From the NCBI GenBank assembly GCA_018398765.1, contig JAHBMJ010000047.1:1-58487 (forward strand): a stretch of DNA of 58,487 nucleotides, given 5' to 3'. The translations under genes were made by a program, and so were the position numbers. Below the pieces are notes generated by a model that worked only from the letters and a program-made list of their open reading frames with translations, made no database searches and was not told where the DNA came from. The DNA is from Chromera velia (taxonomy: Eukaryota). This document shows, in pieces, positions 38,000 through 50,469 of the stretch; the first letter of the stretch is position 1, and every line of letters starts with the position of its first letter.

Positions 38000-38231
38000 A
38001 CCTCCCTAAACCTAAGTGCCACTTAAAAAAATATAATCATGATGATCTCTATCTGCGGCATCGTTTTTCAAAAGACCGTCTACGCCTGCGGCATAGATGA
38101 TCAAAACACCGTCCAGATATGCGGCTTTGGCTTTCAAAACACCATATCTGATCCGCGCCAGCGGCGCAGACTTTCAAGCTTATCCAAAAATGCGGCTTAA
38201 ACTTTCAAGTGGTAGTTAGGTTCAGGGAGGT
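38000..38231. mobile_element. MITE-like element with 24-bp terminal inverted repeats
   Basis: Left CCTCCCTAAACCTAAGTGCCACTT (38001-38024) vs reverse complement of 38207-38230 CCTCCCTGAACCTAACTACCACTT (21/24). TA on the left flank; internal short repeats TGCGGC, CAAAACACC, CTTTCAA. Confidence 0.7.
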
Positions 38232-38948
38232 CCACGCAAACACATTTTCAAGTATATTTTCCAGTATTTTTCATATCATATTTAAAATTAATATAAAAGT
38301 CACTCCGCAGAGTGTGTGTAACACTGTGTAATTAGGCAAATAAATGGTTTGAGATGCTGAAAACAGTAGAAAACAGTTTAAAGCACCAGTCTTAAAAGAC
38401 AAAAGTTATGAAACTTAACAAAACTAGACGAAACCACCCGCTCAAAAGCACCAAAACATTTAATTGAAGATACCACTTGAGAATTAAGTGGAGATACAAT
38501 AATTGACAACTATATCTTCCTGCATATTTATCTTGCGAGGTATAATGCTGATAATAATAAAAAGTGGTACTGCTAGTGAAGTTGTGCGTTTACATAGACC
38601 AAACGGCCAGTCCAAACCATCAAATTTAAATGAACATCTTAGTGAACATCGTCGTTTCTTCTTTGATGTTTTCAACTTTATTCTCACCTATTCCTTTTTA
38701 ATGAACCAACAATGGGTACTATTAGAGAGACAGACAAAGTTCTCCATGTCGGGAAGAATATCCAAGAATGATTCTGGATTCTTTCCGATGAGCTGGTATC
38801 CAGGACACCGTCTCCAACGTACATGCAGCACGAGACTACACGAGACCATAGAAAAGCTCAAAAAAGCACAAAAAATCATGACTTCCTTCAGCACAGCTCC
38901 ATCAATTCATTCACTCACCCATTCCATTAATGATGTTCATGCAGTTTT

Positions 38949-39553
38949 TCAGCTAACCCTTTTTTGGTCTAGAGGGATTTCGTGGTCTCTTGGAAAGAAA
39001 ACTTCCCGTTGGAGACAGAGGTGCACCACGAGACCCAACCCACCCCTCACCCTCAGGCACCCCCCATCCCCGCGACACCCCGAGAGGCGGCTGTGGACCC
39101 CGTCTCCCCCCCTGATGACGCAAAGGGGAAAAAGACCCTGACCCCGACCCCCCCGCAGGAAAGGGATTTGTAGGGGACCCCCCCCCCCNNNNNNNNNNNN
39201 NNNNNNNNNCCCCCCCCCCCTGGGGGTCCGCAACCCCGAACCCTCTCCACCCGCGCCTTGGACCGACACCCGCACCCCCCCTTCCCTTGCCCCCTCGTGG
39301 CCGTCGCCAGAGGCCCCGATCGAGTCCTGCATCGGACTCGCTGAGACAGACGCGGCACCAGGAGCAGCGGCAGCAGAGAGAGAATGAGCCTCCGCAGAGG
39401 CCGCCACTGCGGCAGCCAGCGGATCCCTCTCTCTCTCCGTCTCCCCAGGCTCGGCTCTGTCTTCCCTCAACGCTTCAACTTCCTCAATGGCATTGGAGAC
39501 CACTTGGAGACTTTCGATCAGTCGGCCGATGGCGACCTTCAACTGCACACACA

Positions 39554-39601
<48 letters not shown>

Positions 39602-42600
39602 GAACAATGAGCCGCATCACACAGATATTCACAGACTCACAAATACACATTTTCGAAACATTTGATCGCCCCCCCAGTCTTTCTTTTTAACCAAGCAGCA
39701 AAAAAGAAAAAAAAAATCAAACGGTCAGACAGACGAAAACAGAGAACTAAATGGAAACCCAAACAGACGGCCTCATGCTGTCGACTTCTCCGTTGTTCTA
39801 CTTCCTCTCTCTCTCTCCCCCCTCCTTCCTGCTGTCTGTTTGTCAGTCTCACCTGTGCCCTTCTTTCCCTCTCCACGGACAGGGCCGAATCGAGGCGGTG
39901 CCTGTCCCCTGTGCAGTCCTCCGTGTCTCTCCTCCGAGCCTCGAATTCCCTCAACATACGCCGGAGCTCTGCCTCCAGCCCCCCCTCACTGGCTGCCCAG
40001 GGGAGCAGGTCACGGTCCCCCTTCTCCCGCTCCCTTGAACTCTCTCTACCGGGGTCTACGGGGCCCTCTTCACCCCCGGCTGCCGGGGCCCCTTCCCACT
40101 GATCGAGCGGACACGCCCCCAAAGACCTGGACCGCCCAAGCAAGCAGGCAACCACACGTGCCCGAGACCCCAAAGCACTTCTCCACGTTGCTTCGTACGT
40201 TTTCTCAGCTGCGGCTGCAGCTCTTTGACTCGCCACCAACGCCTCTCTCGCTTCTTCCACAGCCCGTTCTGCACTTTCTCTCGCTTCTGATTGTACCTCC
40301 AGCTGCCCTCTCTTCTCCTCCACGAGACCGCGAAGACGTTCGGCCTCTCCCGCCGCGGCCTCGGCTTGCTGCAAGAGATCGAACGGGTCGTTTTTGACGT
40401 CTCTCAACTCTTCACGGAGAGACTGGAGGGTCGCTTCTGCACGCTCTCTCTGCCGTCTCAGGTTTGTGGCGTCCTCGTCTGCACGTGCCCTCCTTGCAGG
40501 GACCGTCTCACGGAGGGCCGTCTTCACCTGTGCCAGGCTGCAAAGAGACAAAGACAGGACATTGAGAAGGAAACCGACAATACTGCAACCTTGTCTTTTC
40601 CTCGGGTTCTGTCTCACCTGCTCGAAGGTTGAAGAGGACTGAGGGATGGTGTTTGCAGATGGGAATTTTCTTCTGATCTGTCTCCCTGCTACATGGCCAA
40701 AGTCAGACAGATGAAGCGAATGCTCTGTTTTGAACAAGACAATACGAAGATACACCCACTACCAAGCAGAAAACCAAGCCCACTCCGATCTTCAACAAAA
40801 CAAATTATTGCTGACCTCTTTCGCAGCACTGCATCTCGTCGTGTGAGCACGGACAGAAACTCAGACACACGCTCCCCACCAGCCCTCTCATCTGCACTCC
40901 CCCCCCCCTCCCCGTCCTCCTCTTCCTCCTCTTCCCCCACTCCCCCCGCGGCTGCCTCGTCCAACCGCAACACCGGAGTTGCTACCATCAACCCCCTCAA
41001 ATATTCCCACAGTCCGTCCCCCTCCCCCCCACTGTGCGCCTCTGCAACCACCCCCCCCTCATCAGAATATTGCACCGCTGCGTCCGCAGCTGCACGCAGA
41101 TCTGCAGGGGGGGGCAGCTGATCTAGGAGAGACTCTGCCCACGTGCGCAAAGCGGCAGTGGCAGTCTCAAGCGGGACACGTAGTCCGGCCCAGTGCCGTC
41201 CCGGCCCGACCCCGGAAGCCCGATACCCAGCGGCAGTCGGGGAGGAGAGCGTGCGTGGGGGTGCGTTTGGGGTTCGTGTATGTGTGTCAGGGGTGCTGAG
41301 TGTGCGGGAGAGGGCATCAAGGTCTCCATGATCACCCCTGTGTCCTACGACTGGGTCCTCTCCAGTCATATTCTCGGGATCACACAGAAAGGTCTCGGCT
41401 CGCACTTGCTGCGGAGACTTGACGGGCGGCTGTGGGCGCCACTCAGCAATCTGGGTCTCTGTCTCTGACAGCTGAGAGGCAACGACGGAAACTGCCTGAG
41501 CTAGGCATTGGGCACTGGCAGAGAGGCGGGTGGCGTCTCTTCCTAGATGAACTCTGATTAGCTCGGCCTCTCTCTCTCGTGAACTCAGGCTCTGCGCCTC
41601 CGTCTCCGTCTCCCTGACGGCCTGCTCGACATGTGCTTTTCTTTCTCTCACTTCTGTCAGTTTCAAATTTGCCTTCTCAAGCCCTCTCTCTGCATGCTCG
41701 AGCTCTTCCTCTGCCTCCCCAAGCTCAAGTCTCAATTGCCTCGTCGCTTTGTTACTTGCAACCAGACCCTCTAGACACCCGTCTACGTCACTTTGCCGCA
41801 CAAGCTGCTCTTCTTTGGCAGAGTGCAACGCTGCCAGACGCTCCCCTACGGCAGAATCGCTATCGGATAGGTTATTCAACTGTGAGGTTACTCCTTCTTT
41901 CCCCACCACCGCACTCCCGTGTGCAAGGGCCAATGCCTCAACCATGACGCGAACTTCCTCAATGTGCTGTCGTGCAAACACAGCTCGATCTCTTGCACGA
42001 TCCGCCGCGGCCTCTGTGGAATGGGCGGCATCACACACCGCCTCCACTAACTGCGTACGGAGCCGCAACTGTCCCGACATTTCCTGTCGGGCAGCAATGA
42101 GCTTTTCCCTCACGACCACTTCGTCTGTTTGGCTCCTCACGGCTGTACGCGCACTCGCAAGCAAGTGGCGGCCGTTTGTAAGAAGAACATCACACACGCG
42201 GAGACGGAGACGGAGCAGATCAAGAGGGACGGGCTGCTTGCGTACACTTCTTTCCGCAAGAGACTGTTCTGCATGGGGTCTGCTGTCCCACACAGTCTCC
42301 GGACGCACCGGTTGCGCTTGCTGCTGATCCCCCGCTCCCCCCCATGCATTTCCTATCGGTCTCTGCTGCGGATTCTTCTCTGACGTTCTGCTCATTCCTG
42401 ATTTCAATGCTTGGAGGTCATGCTCCTCCATCCAGGGTAAATAGACGAGAACAACCGCAGAGAGGAACTGCAGACGCTGGAGCGGATCTTCGATGCTACC
42501 CAAATCTGCCTCTTCCTCCCCCCCCTGCTCGCCATTCTCACCGCTCTCGAGAATATCCACCAACGCCTCTACCACCCCCCCATCCTCCAATTTCCGTGCG

Positions 42601-43486
42601 AGAGACGTGAGCAGAGAAAGGGAGGAATTGGAAGAAGACGAAGAGACAGTGGGGCCTCCTGGAGGCTGCAGCCTCGCAGTTTCCGTCACCATCAGAGACA
42701 GAACCCAGGAGGCAAACAACGGGACCTCTGCTGCGATTCTGTCCCCCCCTCCTTCTCCAGAGGGACCAGAGGACCGTAACAATTGGGCAAATCGGGCCAG
42801 TGCGCCGGGACCGTCAACGCAGAGGTGTCTGAGAAGAGCGAGATCGAATAGGGGGCCCTGTCGGGCTTTGGCTGATGCATCTAATTGATCCATCAGAATG
42901 CCCAGAGACGCGGCGGCACGGTCAGTAACGCTATCCTCATTGGTGAGGGATTGTGTCTCTGGCAGTCTGCTTGCAACTACTCCTCCTTCACAGGGGGGCA
43001 AAGAGAGGGTCACCCCTGATGTCTCCCCGTCAAATCTCTTCTCACGGAGGAGAGTGGAGATCAACAGGCCAGCTACAAGTCTAGCGTTGGGCTCAGGCGA
43101 CTGGTAGAGGGATGCTAGGAGGGCTAGCGCTGTGCTTTCTGCAGTGGCCAAAGCGATCTGAACTTCCTGGGTGGCAAGGGCAGCCCACAGGAGGTGGGCA
43201 ACAAAAGGGTGGAGGTGGAGGTTGGGCCCCGGCATGCTCTGTGAGGGTCTGCCGGGGTCCCTGTGGGAGGGCGGGCCTGAGGGAGGAATGATCTCTCCCT
43301 CCGAGTCTGCCCCGTCTCCTTCTGCTGCTGCTCCTCCCGCAGTGCCCGGGTCCCCGTCAAATCTGATCAACGCCTTCAGTTGGGTCGTTCCGGCTGCAGA
43401 AGGACGTATACACACAATGCCGAATTTAGAATCATCAATGAAATGGGATCTGATTGCTCGCTTTCGAGACGTGGTGATCCAATCCT

Positions 43487-43524
<38 letters not shown>

Positions 43525-46500
43525 TCGCGTGCATACAAAAACTGATGAAGAAGACGAGAGAAGGACATCGGCATCGGAGTCAACACAGACAGGGAGACAG
43601 GCAGATAGACAGACAGACAAGGAGATAGAGAGACAGACAGACAAGGAGATAGAGAGACAGGCAGATAGACAGACAGACAAGAAGACAGGGAGACAGACAG
43701 ACAAGGAGATAGAGAGACAGGCAGATGGACAGACAGACAAGAAGACAGGGAGACAGACAGACAAGGAGATAGAGAGACAGGCAGATGGACAGACAGACAA
43801 GGAGATAGATGATGTGACCCAAGCAGCTGGAGGGAAACAAGAATTCAAGGGCGGCAGAGATGTATGTGTCTTTGACGAGCCAAGTACTTGGCATTCCAGT
43901 GTCGGACACAGACACAGAAGAACAGGGACGTAGCAGGCAGAAAGACAGGAGGCAACAGAATGGGCTGACCATCAGATCGGAGGAAGGCGACCATGCTGAA
44001 GGGAGCTGCACGTGTGGACACAGGCGGGGAAGGAAAAAGGTCTCTTTTCGTCGACACACAAATGCACAAACAGAAACAAAGCGGAAAGGAGAATAGAGAT
44101 GACTGGGCTCTGGAATCAATTACACGTAGACCGATATCTTGGAATCTGTTGGCGCTTTTTTCCCCACCCATGAGCATAGGCACATTTGCATTCGGCACGC
44201 GTCCGCACAATCAACTAGTCAGTGAGTGCAGCAGATGGTTACCCACCGGCCTCGACCAATTCCAAGAGGAACGCCTTTGCCGTCTCCACCAGGGTGTGGT
44301 GAGCTGGCAGGCCGCCTGCACACATGCACGAATGAATGTACATGTATACATCTGTGTATGTATATGCTCATAGAGGCTCATCCAATAAAGATCCGATCTT
44401 TCAAATGATTGTCTGTCTCGATTGGGTATGTGTGACGGAAAGAGGAAAGGAGAAGAAAGGCAAGCTGCAGTCAAAGGAGAGGAACACCTGAGTCTCTGCA
44501 CACGTATTCTGGATTCCTGCAGTTGTCTTTTGCCCGTGCCCGTTTGAACACAAGGAGCACTGTAGATGCGAACACAGAAAGACACACAGACAGACAGAAA
44601 GAAACACGAACGCACTCTTTGCAGCCTGTGCCAAGACCTCTGCTGCCGCCCTCATGGCCCCGCTGTCGATCAACGCGGAGTGTGCAGCTGCAAAACGAAA
44701 GCAGGACAAATGAAAGAAGGTGACGGAAAAACAAGTTTAAATGAACAAAAAGAACAGAGGGCGCAAAACAACACACAAATTTTGTTGACAGCTCAGAAGG
44801 TGAAGGAAAGGACAGATAAAGAAAAAGATTGAAAGAAAGGTAGAGGAAGAAAGAGAACGAAGCCATCAAAAAAGACCCCCCCCCTCTCTGCCGACCCAAC
44901 AAAGACCTCACGCACCTTCCCGAGAAACCAGCAATCCCAGAATCCGACATACACGCAGTTGGACCCCTACGCCGTTTTCCCGAGACTGCAGGGACCCAGA
45001 GGAACGTCAAAAGTAACACAGATTCATTTCTTCCTCCAGATCCATTCTCACCATGTTACACATGCGAGCGCGCGTGTATCTGTGTATGCGTATTATCGTG
45101 TGCATGCATCTGAATAAATCCAAATGAACAGGAAATGAGGCGTCAAACCACACACAAAATAATGCTACGTACAAAACCGTTAAAAAACCAAGTGTCGCTA
45201 CCAACAAATACTCTCCGTGCATCTACCGTTCCCCCACCTTCCCTCTTCGAATCTCAGACCGACCTTACTCAGCAGACATGCCAGAACTTTGGGATGGCAC
45301 ACCCTGAACTTACTTTCATACAGAATTCTTTTTATACAGACACCCTGAAAAAGAATTCTTTTTATGAAATTAAATACATACTCAGACCGACCTTACTCAG
45401 CAGACATGCCAGAACTTTGGGATGGCACACTCTGAACAGGGACGCGTCCTGTTTTGCCAGCCTCTCCAGTTCCACCAGTCTCCTTTCTTGGCGGGATTCC
45501 GCAGCTACCTGTGCTGCTGCCGCCCTTTGGGGAGACATGTGAACGCCCCCCGCAGAGAGACCCCCCGTTCCCCCAGACTCATGCCCTCCTGGTTGAAAGC
45601 CAATCAGAAAGCGACGGATGATGGCTGTCGGGTGCTCTGCATCCAGAAACTCCCTGCAGCAGCAAAAGAAGCAGAGCAGAGCAGAGCAGAGCAGGAAGAG
45701 ACTCAGGAAAAGACGGACGCGCATGCAACAATGAGAAAACATGGAATACATACTCATGTGTACATGGAACACTCATGGAAAACCCATGGATCGTCTCACG
45801 CACAAACCCACCTTCCTCGTGAGGGACTCACTCGTTCTGGCCGTCCCTTTCTCCACTGTTCTGTCTCGCAACTTCCCTCCTCAGTCTCAGAGATTCCAGA
45901 ATAGTCAGAGTCCCGCACACATGTCCAGAAAGAGACAGAGACTTCCCCGAAATCCTCCAAACACTTACTGACTGACTGACTGACCAAAGATGGTCCAGTG
46001 CCACGACCTGATCATTCCCCAGAAGGCCCTGCAGGCAGAAGGAAGCACGGGGGATGCAGGGGAAGAGTTGGTTGGTGGAAAGATGGGATGATGCACGAAC
46101 GGCTGGAGGCATCATGCAAGCCAGAGCCGAAGGACGAAAGGCGAAGAAACTGGAGGGAATCTCGAAGAATGCTTTGGGAATCCATCAGAACGTCACTCGC
46201 TCCAGAGGCCAACCAAGGAGGGAAGGGAAGGGTTTGGGGGAGATGCACACCAGAAAGAAAGGAAGATAGAATGAAAGGGGTGCTAACCTGAACATAACTC
46301 TCCAGTCCCTTTTTTCTCCTGCTCACAGGCAGACAGGCACCAGCAAGGCCGATGTACACCGACAGAATGGGTGAATGGAGAAGAGAGACACATTCAGATG
46401 AAGAGACAGCAGAAAACAAAGAACCCAGCTCACACATCGTCTTGTCTAAACTCCATGCAGACTCAGACAAACACATTTGGCAGTGCCACACACGCAGTTG

Positions 46501-47939
46501 AGTGCTGTCTCGCCCGCTTCTGAACGTCTTGATCGGCCTACGTAATTTATTTCTCAAGACGCAAAGACACGGACCTTTCAAACCGTCTCTTCATCATGAT
46601 GCACTAACATGACAGACCCACTTTTCAACGAAATCCTCATCCAAATTCCCGAATGCCCTTTTCGCAGGGAGCTGCAAGAGAGAGAGCACCGGTAAACAAA
46701 GAGAGAGACATGCATGAGCGGGGCCGGTGCATCTAGGGGTCAGAGAGACTGAAGAGTGTCTGCTTGCAGGCAACACAACGGACCCAGGAAGCTCGTTCTG
46801 CGTCCCGGACAAGCTCTTAAAGGCAGCAGAACGCTGTGACGATAAACCGCTGCAAAACTCCACAGACAATGAAACCTTCGGCAGCCGCTGAGATTGTGTG
46901 GTGAGTCTGCTATGCAGAGCATTCCCCTTTAATACCTCACGAATGAATTCTATTTGGGCCCTTCAACAAACGAGAAACTGTCTTGCTTCCTCTGTCTCGA
47001 CGGCAGCTCGGTAGATCGGGGAGACACCACCACACACGCTCAATTCCTACATCTCAATTTCTCTTCTTCAGAGACGCCCAACAAACAGACCTCAGGGAGA
47101 TGGGGAATTGACGCCGCCACCAGCTGCACAGCAGAGAAGAGAGAGACGAGAGAAGCATCATGAGCGAGCGTGCAGCAAAAGGAAATGGATACTCAACAGA
47201 AGCGAAGAAACTGGAGGGGGACCGAAGACCATCGAGGGTGGAAGATCAACAACACATGATTGATCAAGGCACAAACCATCGAAACTCCCACCTGTCCAAA
47301 ACGCTTTCAGATCAACCTCTGCCTCTGCTGGCTTTTCTCTCACGCTGCCATCCTCTAACCTTACTGTGCAGTTCCGAGAAGCTCCGGTACCGTCGGAAAA
47401 CGCGGAAGATCTTTCCACAGTCACAGAGCTCAACCACATATTCCTGCATCCAGAGGACCAATGAAGCTCAGAATCTTATGGCCAATAAACAGCAGTTGAC
47501 GACCATGAACGGAACAAGCACGCAAACCCAGAAGGACCAGAACGGAGGCGAGAGACGGTTAGGGAAGAGGGGAGACGCGAGGGAAGGGGTGACATGCCGC
47601 CCGGTAATGGAAATGGGAACAGCGGGGGAGGAGGCTCGCCTATTGAAGAAATCAGCCGTTTATTCTTTCCACACCTGTTTCTGGTGAAAAGGAGATGTTC
47701 TCACGATGGTGCTTGACCTCTCCCTCGCCTAGAGTAGTGGCAGGATTTGTGTGCTCACTGTATGCATTGCAGGAAAGGGTTCTCATGAAAACGCAGCAGG
47801 AGACGGTCGACCAAGGCAGGCAAGTGTAAAGAGACATATGCAGCAGAAATGGGCTCAGACCAACCACGTGCCGTCCCAACCGCTCGGAGACGGTGCGTGC
47901 CTCCAGAATGCGGACGGAGACGGGTTCTGCAAAGGGCAT
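38949..47939 (-). CDS. Large PX (phox homology) domain protein with helical/ARM-like and long coiled-coil regions
   Basis: Small phase-compatible exons from 47939 give MPFAEPVSVRILEARTVSERLGRHV|EYVVELCDCGKIFRVFRRYRSFSELHSK|LVAASIPHLPE|LPAKRAFGNLDEDFVEK|RKKGLESYVQ|GLLGNDQVVALDHLW|EFLD, a complete PX domain. Large exons follow at ~43390-40815, ~40530-39853 and from ~39543 down. The stop is uncertain because of the N-gap at 39189-39209. Confidence 0.85.
43583..43810. repeat. Intronic minisatellite of CAGA/GATA subunits, ~60-bp higher-order period
   Basis: AGACAGACAGACAAGGAGATAGAGAGACAGGCAGAT(A/G)GACAGACAGACAA recurs three to four times. Confidence 0.85.
45253..45437. repeat. 57-bp direct duplication of an exon 3' end plus splice donor
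   Basis: CTCAGACCGACCTTACTCAGCAGACATGCCAGAACTTTGGGATGGCACAC(C/T)CTGAAC at 45253-45309 and 45381-45437, one mismatch. Confidence 0.9.
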
Positions 47940-48576
47940 GGCTCTGCTTTCCTCTCGTTTCTTGATTACTTCTGTCACGACTCGGGGTACTGTCTTTCCA
48001 AATGCGTCCTGTCTAAATAAAGGGGCGACAAAAAAGAGCACAGAGATTCGATGGAGCTGCAGCACGACGTGTGGCAAGGAGCGTAGAAATTCGACTGAGC
48101 TCCGTCTTTTTCAAAAAAGCTGAATCGAAAAAGGGTCGACACACTCACGAAGAGGCCCATCGCGGCTCAAAAGGGACAAAAGCTCAACACACAGTCACAC
48201 TCGCGTGGAACTCACTGCCAGGGAGGATCGGAGATGATCGGAGTGCCCTCAAATTGGATCTGGCCATGCAAGGCAATGTTTCGGGGTCACGTCATGTCTG
48301 ACACGTCTCTCCTGGGCCAATTGGCCGCCCGCGCGCGCGCGCAGGCTGGGCCGGGTCCGACCTGCAAATTTGCCACCGATACGACCGGCCATGCACTGCG
48401 TTGTAACAAACTGTGTCTTGCCCTGAGTCTGTTGATCCTCTTTTGTCCAGCTAGACGTCAAGCCCTTGAGAGGCATCGCAGTGAGACGTAAGTGCAAGCT
48501 GTTAAGAGCATTCGTTTGGTCATTTTTGTCGTCGTCTCCTCTGATGAAGCAACGATAGGAAGAGGAGTGAGACACG
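47940..48576. promoter_or_regulatory. Putative bidirectional promoter between PX gene (-) and rpl28 (+)
   Basis: 637-bp gap between divergent ATGs; GC-rich core with TGGGCCAATTGGCC, (GC)n and GGCCATGCACTG at ~48313-48400. Confidence 0.5.
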
Positions 48577-49695
48577 ATGCGGAGACAGTTGTTTTCATTT
48601 CTTGTCCCGTTGTGGTTGTACGTGTGCGTGTTGCTTCCCTGTGATGCATTTCTCCTTCCGTCCCTACGGGCTCCGGGGGCACGCGATCGCAGCCCTCACG
48701 CCACAGTACTCATGAATGAAAAGACCACCAAGGAGATAAAAAGGGGGAGGAGGTTTACAGGATGGAAGGGGCCCTCAACCCGGTGGCGACACTTCGGCGT
48801 TCCCGGGAAGGGAAACCCGAGGAGGAATAAAGTCACGGGAGAACCATGGAAACCCATCACCCTCCCAAAGCGACGTTGTATGTTGCTTCAGCAGATTGAT
48901 AACAAAAGGGCAAGGACCGTTACCTTCTCTGATAAGAGGAATAAGAGGGTGCAGAAGGTGAACCTCCATTGGAAAAGATTTTGGTGGCCCGAGGGGGAGC
49001 GTATGGTTCTCCTTCGTGTCTCTTGCCGAGCTATGCGCACGATCAGGAAATTGGGGATTGATGCAGCCGCAAAGAAGTACAAGCTTCCTCTGCACAAAAA
49101 GAAGTACTCTGCGGGAAAGAGCCCCCGATTCAGAGGTCATCCCGAGAATAAATATAACAGGCGGATAGCGGGCATGACGAAGGCGCAGTTTATCAAGGCA
49201 CAGAGTATGGGCCAAGTGAAGAAAGAATTCGTCACACAGGCTGCCATTGACTTCCTTGAGTTTAGTCGGACGAATCCGACAGGAGCGTATGACAGGAAGA
49301 TGGCTGATTTGGTTCCAGACGGACTGGAAACAGAGGGGATGGACATGGCGGAGTTGGAAGCGCTGAAGATGGTCAGAGATAGGCCGGCAGGTGAGGAGGA
49401 GGAGACGTTTGAGTTTGAGGCAAAAGAGGAAGAGGAAGAAGAGGATGATGATGATGAGGTGAGTGCCTCAGGAGAGGACGATATCGGGTATGACCCTGAA
49501 TTCGATATTGTGGAAGGAGACGGAGACGAGGGAGAGGAGACAGGGGAAGGGGTAGACTGGGAATATGCAGATGAGTCGGATGCAGATGGGGAGGATGTGG
49601 AGTGGGTGTATGCAGAGGATGCAGATGGAGAGGAAGGGGGGTGGGTAGAGGGGGAAGGGGGAGAAGGCGATGGAGAGGAAGGGGAAGGAGAATGA
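48577..49695 (+). CDS. rpl28: Plastid-targeted ribosomal protein L28 (bL28c) with long C-terminal acidic extension
   Basis: Intronless 372-aa ORF. Signal peptide ends CDA-F, then a basic transit peptide. L28 core RRCMLL..NKRARTVTFSDKRNKRVQKVNLHWKRFWWPEGERMVLLRVSCRAMRTIRKLGID; D/E-rich tail. Confidence 0.9.
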   Translation: MRRQLFSFLVPLWLYVCVLLPCDAFLLPSLRAPGARDRSPHATVLMNEKTTKEIKRGRRFTGWKGPSTRWRHFGVPGKGNPRRNKVTGEPWKPITLPKRRCMLLQQIDNKRARTVTFSDKRNKRVQKVNLHWKRFWWPEGERMVLLRVSCRAMRTIRKLGIDAAAKKYKLPLHKKKYSAGKSPRFRGHPENKYNRRIAGMTKAQFIKAQSMGQVKKEFVTQAAIDFLEFSRTNPTGAYDRKMADLVPDGLETEGMDMAELEALKMVRDRPAGEEEETFEFEAKEEEEEEDDDDEVSASGEDDIGYDPEFDIVEGDGDEGEETGEGVDWEYADESDADGEDVEWVYAEDADGEEGGWVEGEGGEGDGEEGEGE

Positions 49696-50469
49696 GCGGG
49701 AAAAGGAAAGAAAAGGAATACGAAGAGGAGGGGTGGAGAGAGCAGTAGGGGGTGATCATCGATTGATCGGCCCGTCCGTCGCTTTCTGCCTCTAGAAAAG
49801 AAGGAGGAGGGAGAAGTTTGAGGCTACAGAGACAGAGACAGGAACCCTCCCTCCCGCCCTTTCCATTCCTTTGCCTTATCCTCCCTGCCGTGCGAAAAGA
49901 CAGGTACGTTTGTTCTCCACGCCCCACCTCTCTCTCTGAAGTTCATAAAAAAAGGTCTCGCCTCCTGAATCAGAGACGGAGACGGAAAGAAAACTGTCAC
50001 CCCCCTTTCCGACAGTTCCTTCCCTTTTTCCTTCGTTTCCTTCCTTACCGCCCCCCCAACCCACCGTCGGTCGCTTTTCCCGCGTTGATTTTTCAACCCT
50101 TTCACTGCTTTCTTTGCATCGGGGGGATCCTCACTGCCCGTGGGTCTCTCTCTCTGTTTTGTCTGCTGGAGGGGCCGATTGCGTGGCCCCCTCAACGTGC
50201 GCCCACACACACACGGGTCATTTTTCTCTTTCAGGCTCTCACAAGTAGAATGATCGATGAGCGAATGGATGCATCCGTCCAGGTGCGCAAATCGAGCGAG
50301 CAGTGTGGACTGTCGAGTCACTGAATGGATGAAGGAGCACGTTGGGACACACAAAAACTTCATGTGACCATGATGAGTGAATTGTCTTCAGTTGTCAGAC
50401 ATTGCTCACTACGTTTCTTCCGTCCCTCCTTGTTTGCCTGCCTCTGTCTATGTTTCTATCTGTCTATCC

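Noticed and set aside
38484..38894. Two in-frame minus-strand ORFs separated by one TAG
   Set aside because: Could be a decayed transposon gene, but I recognise no motif.
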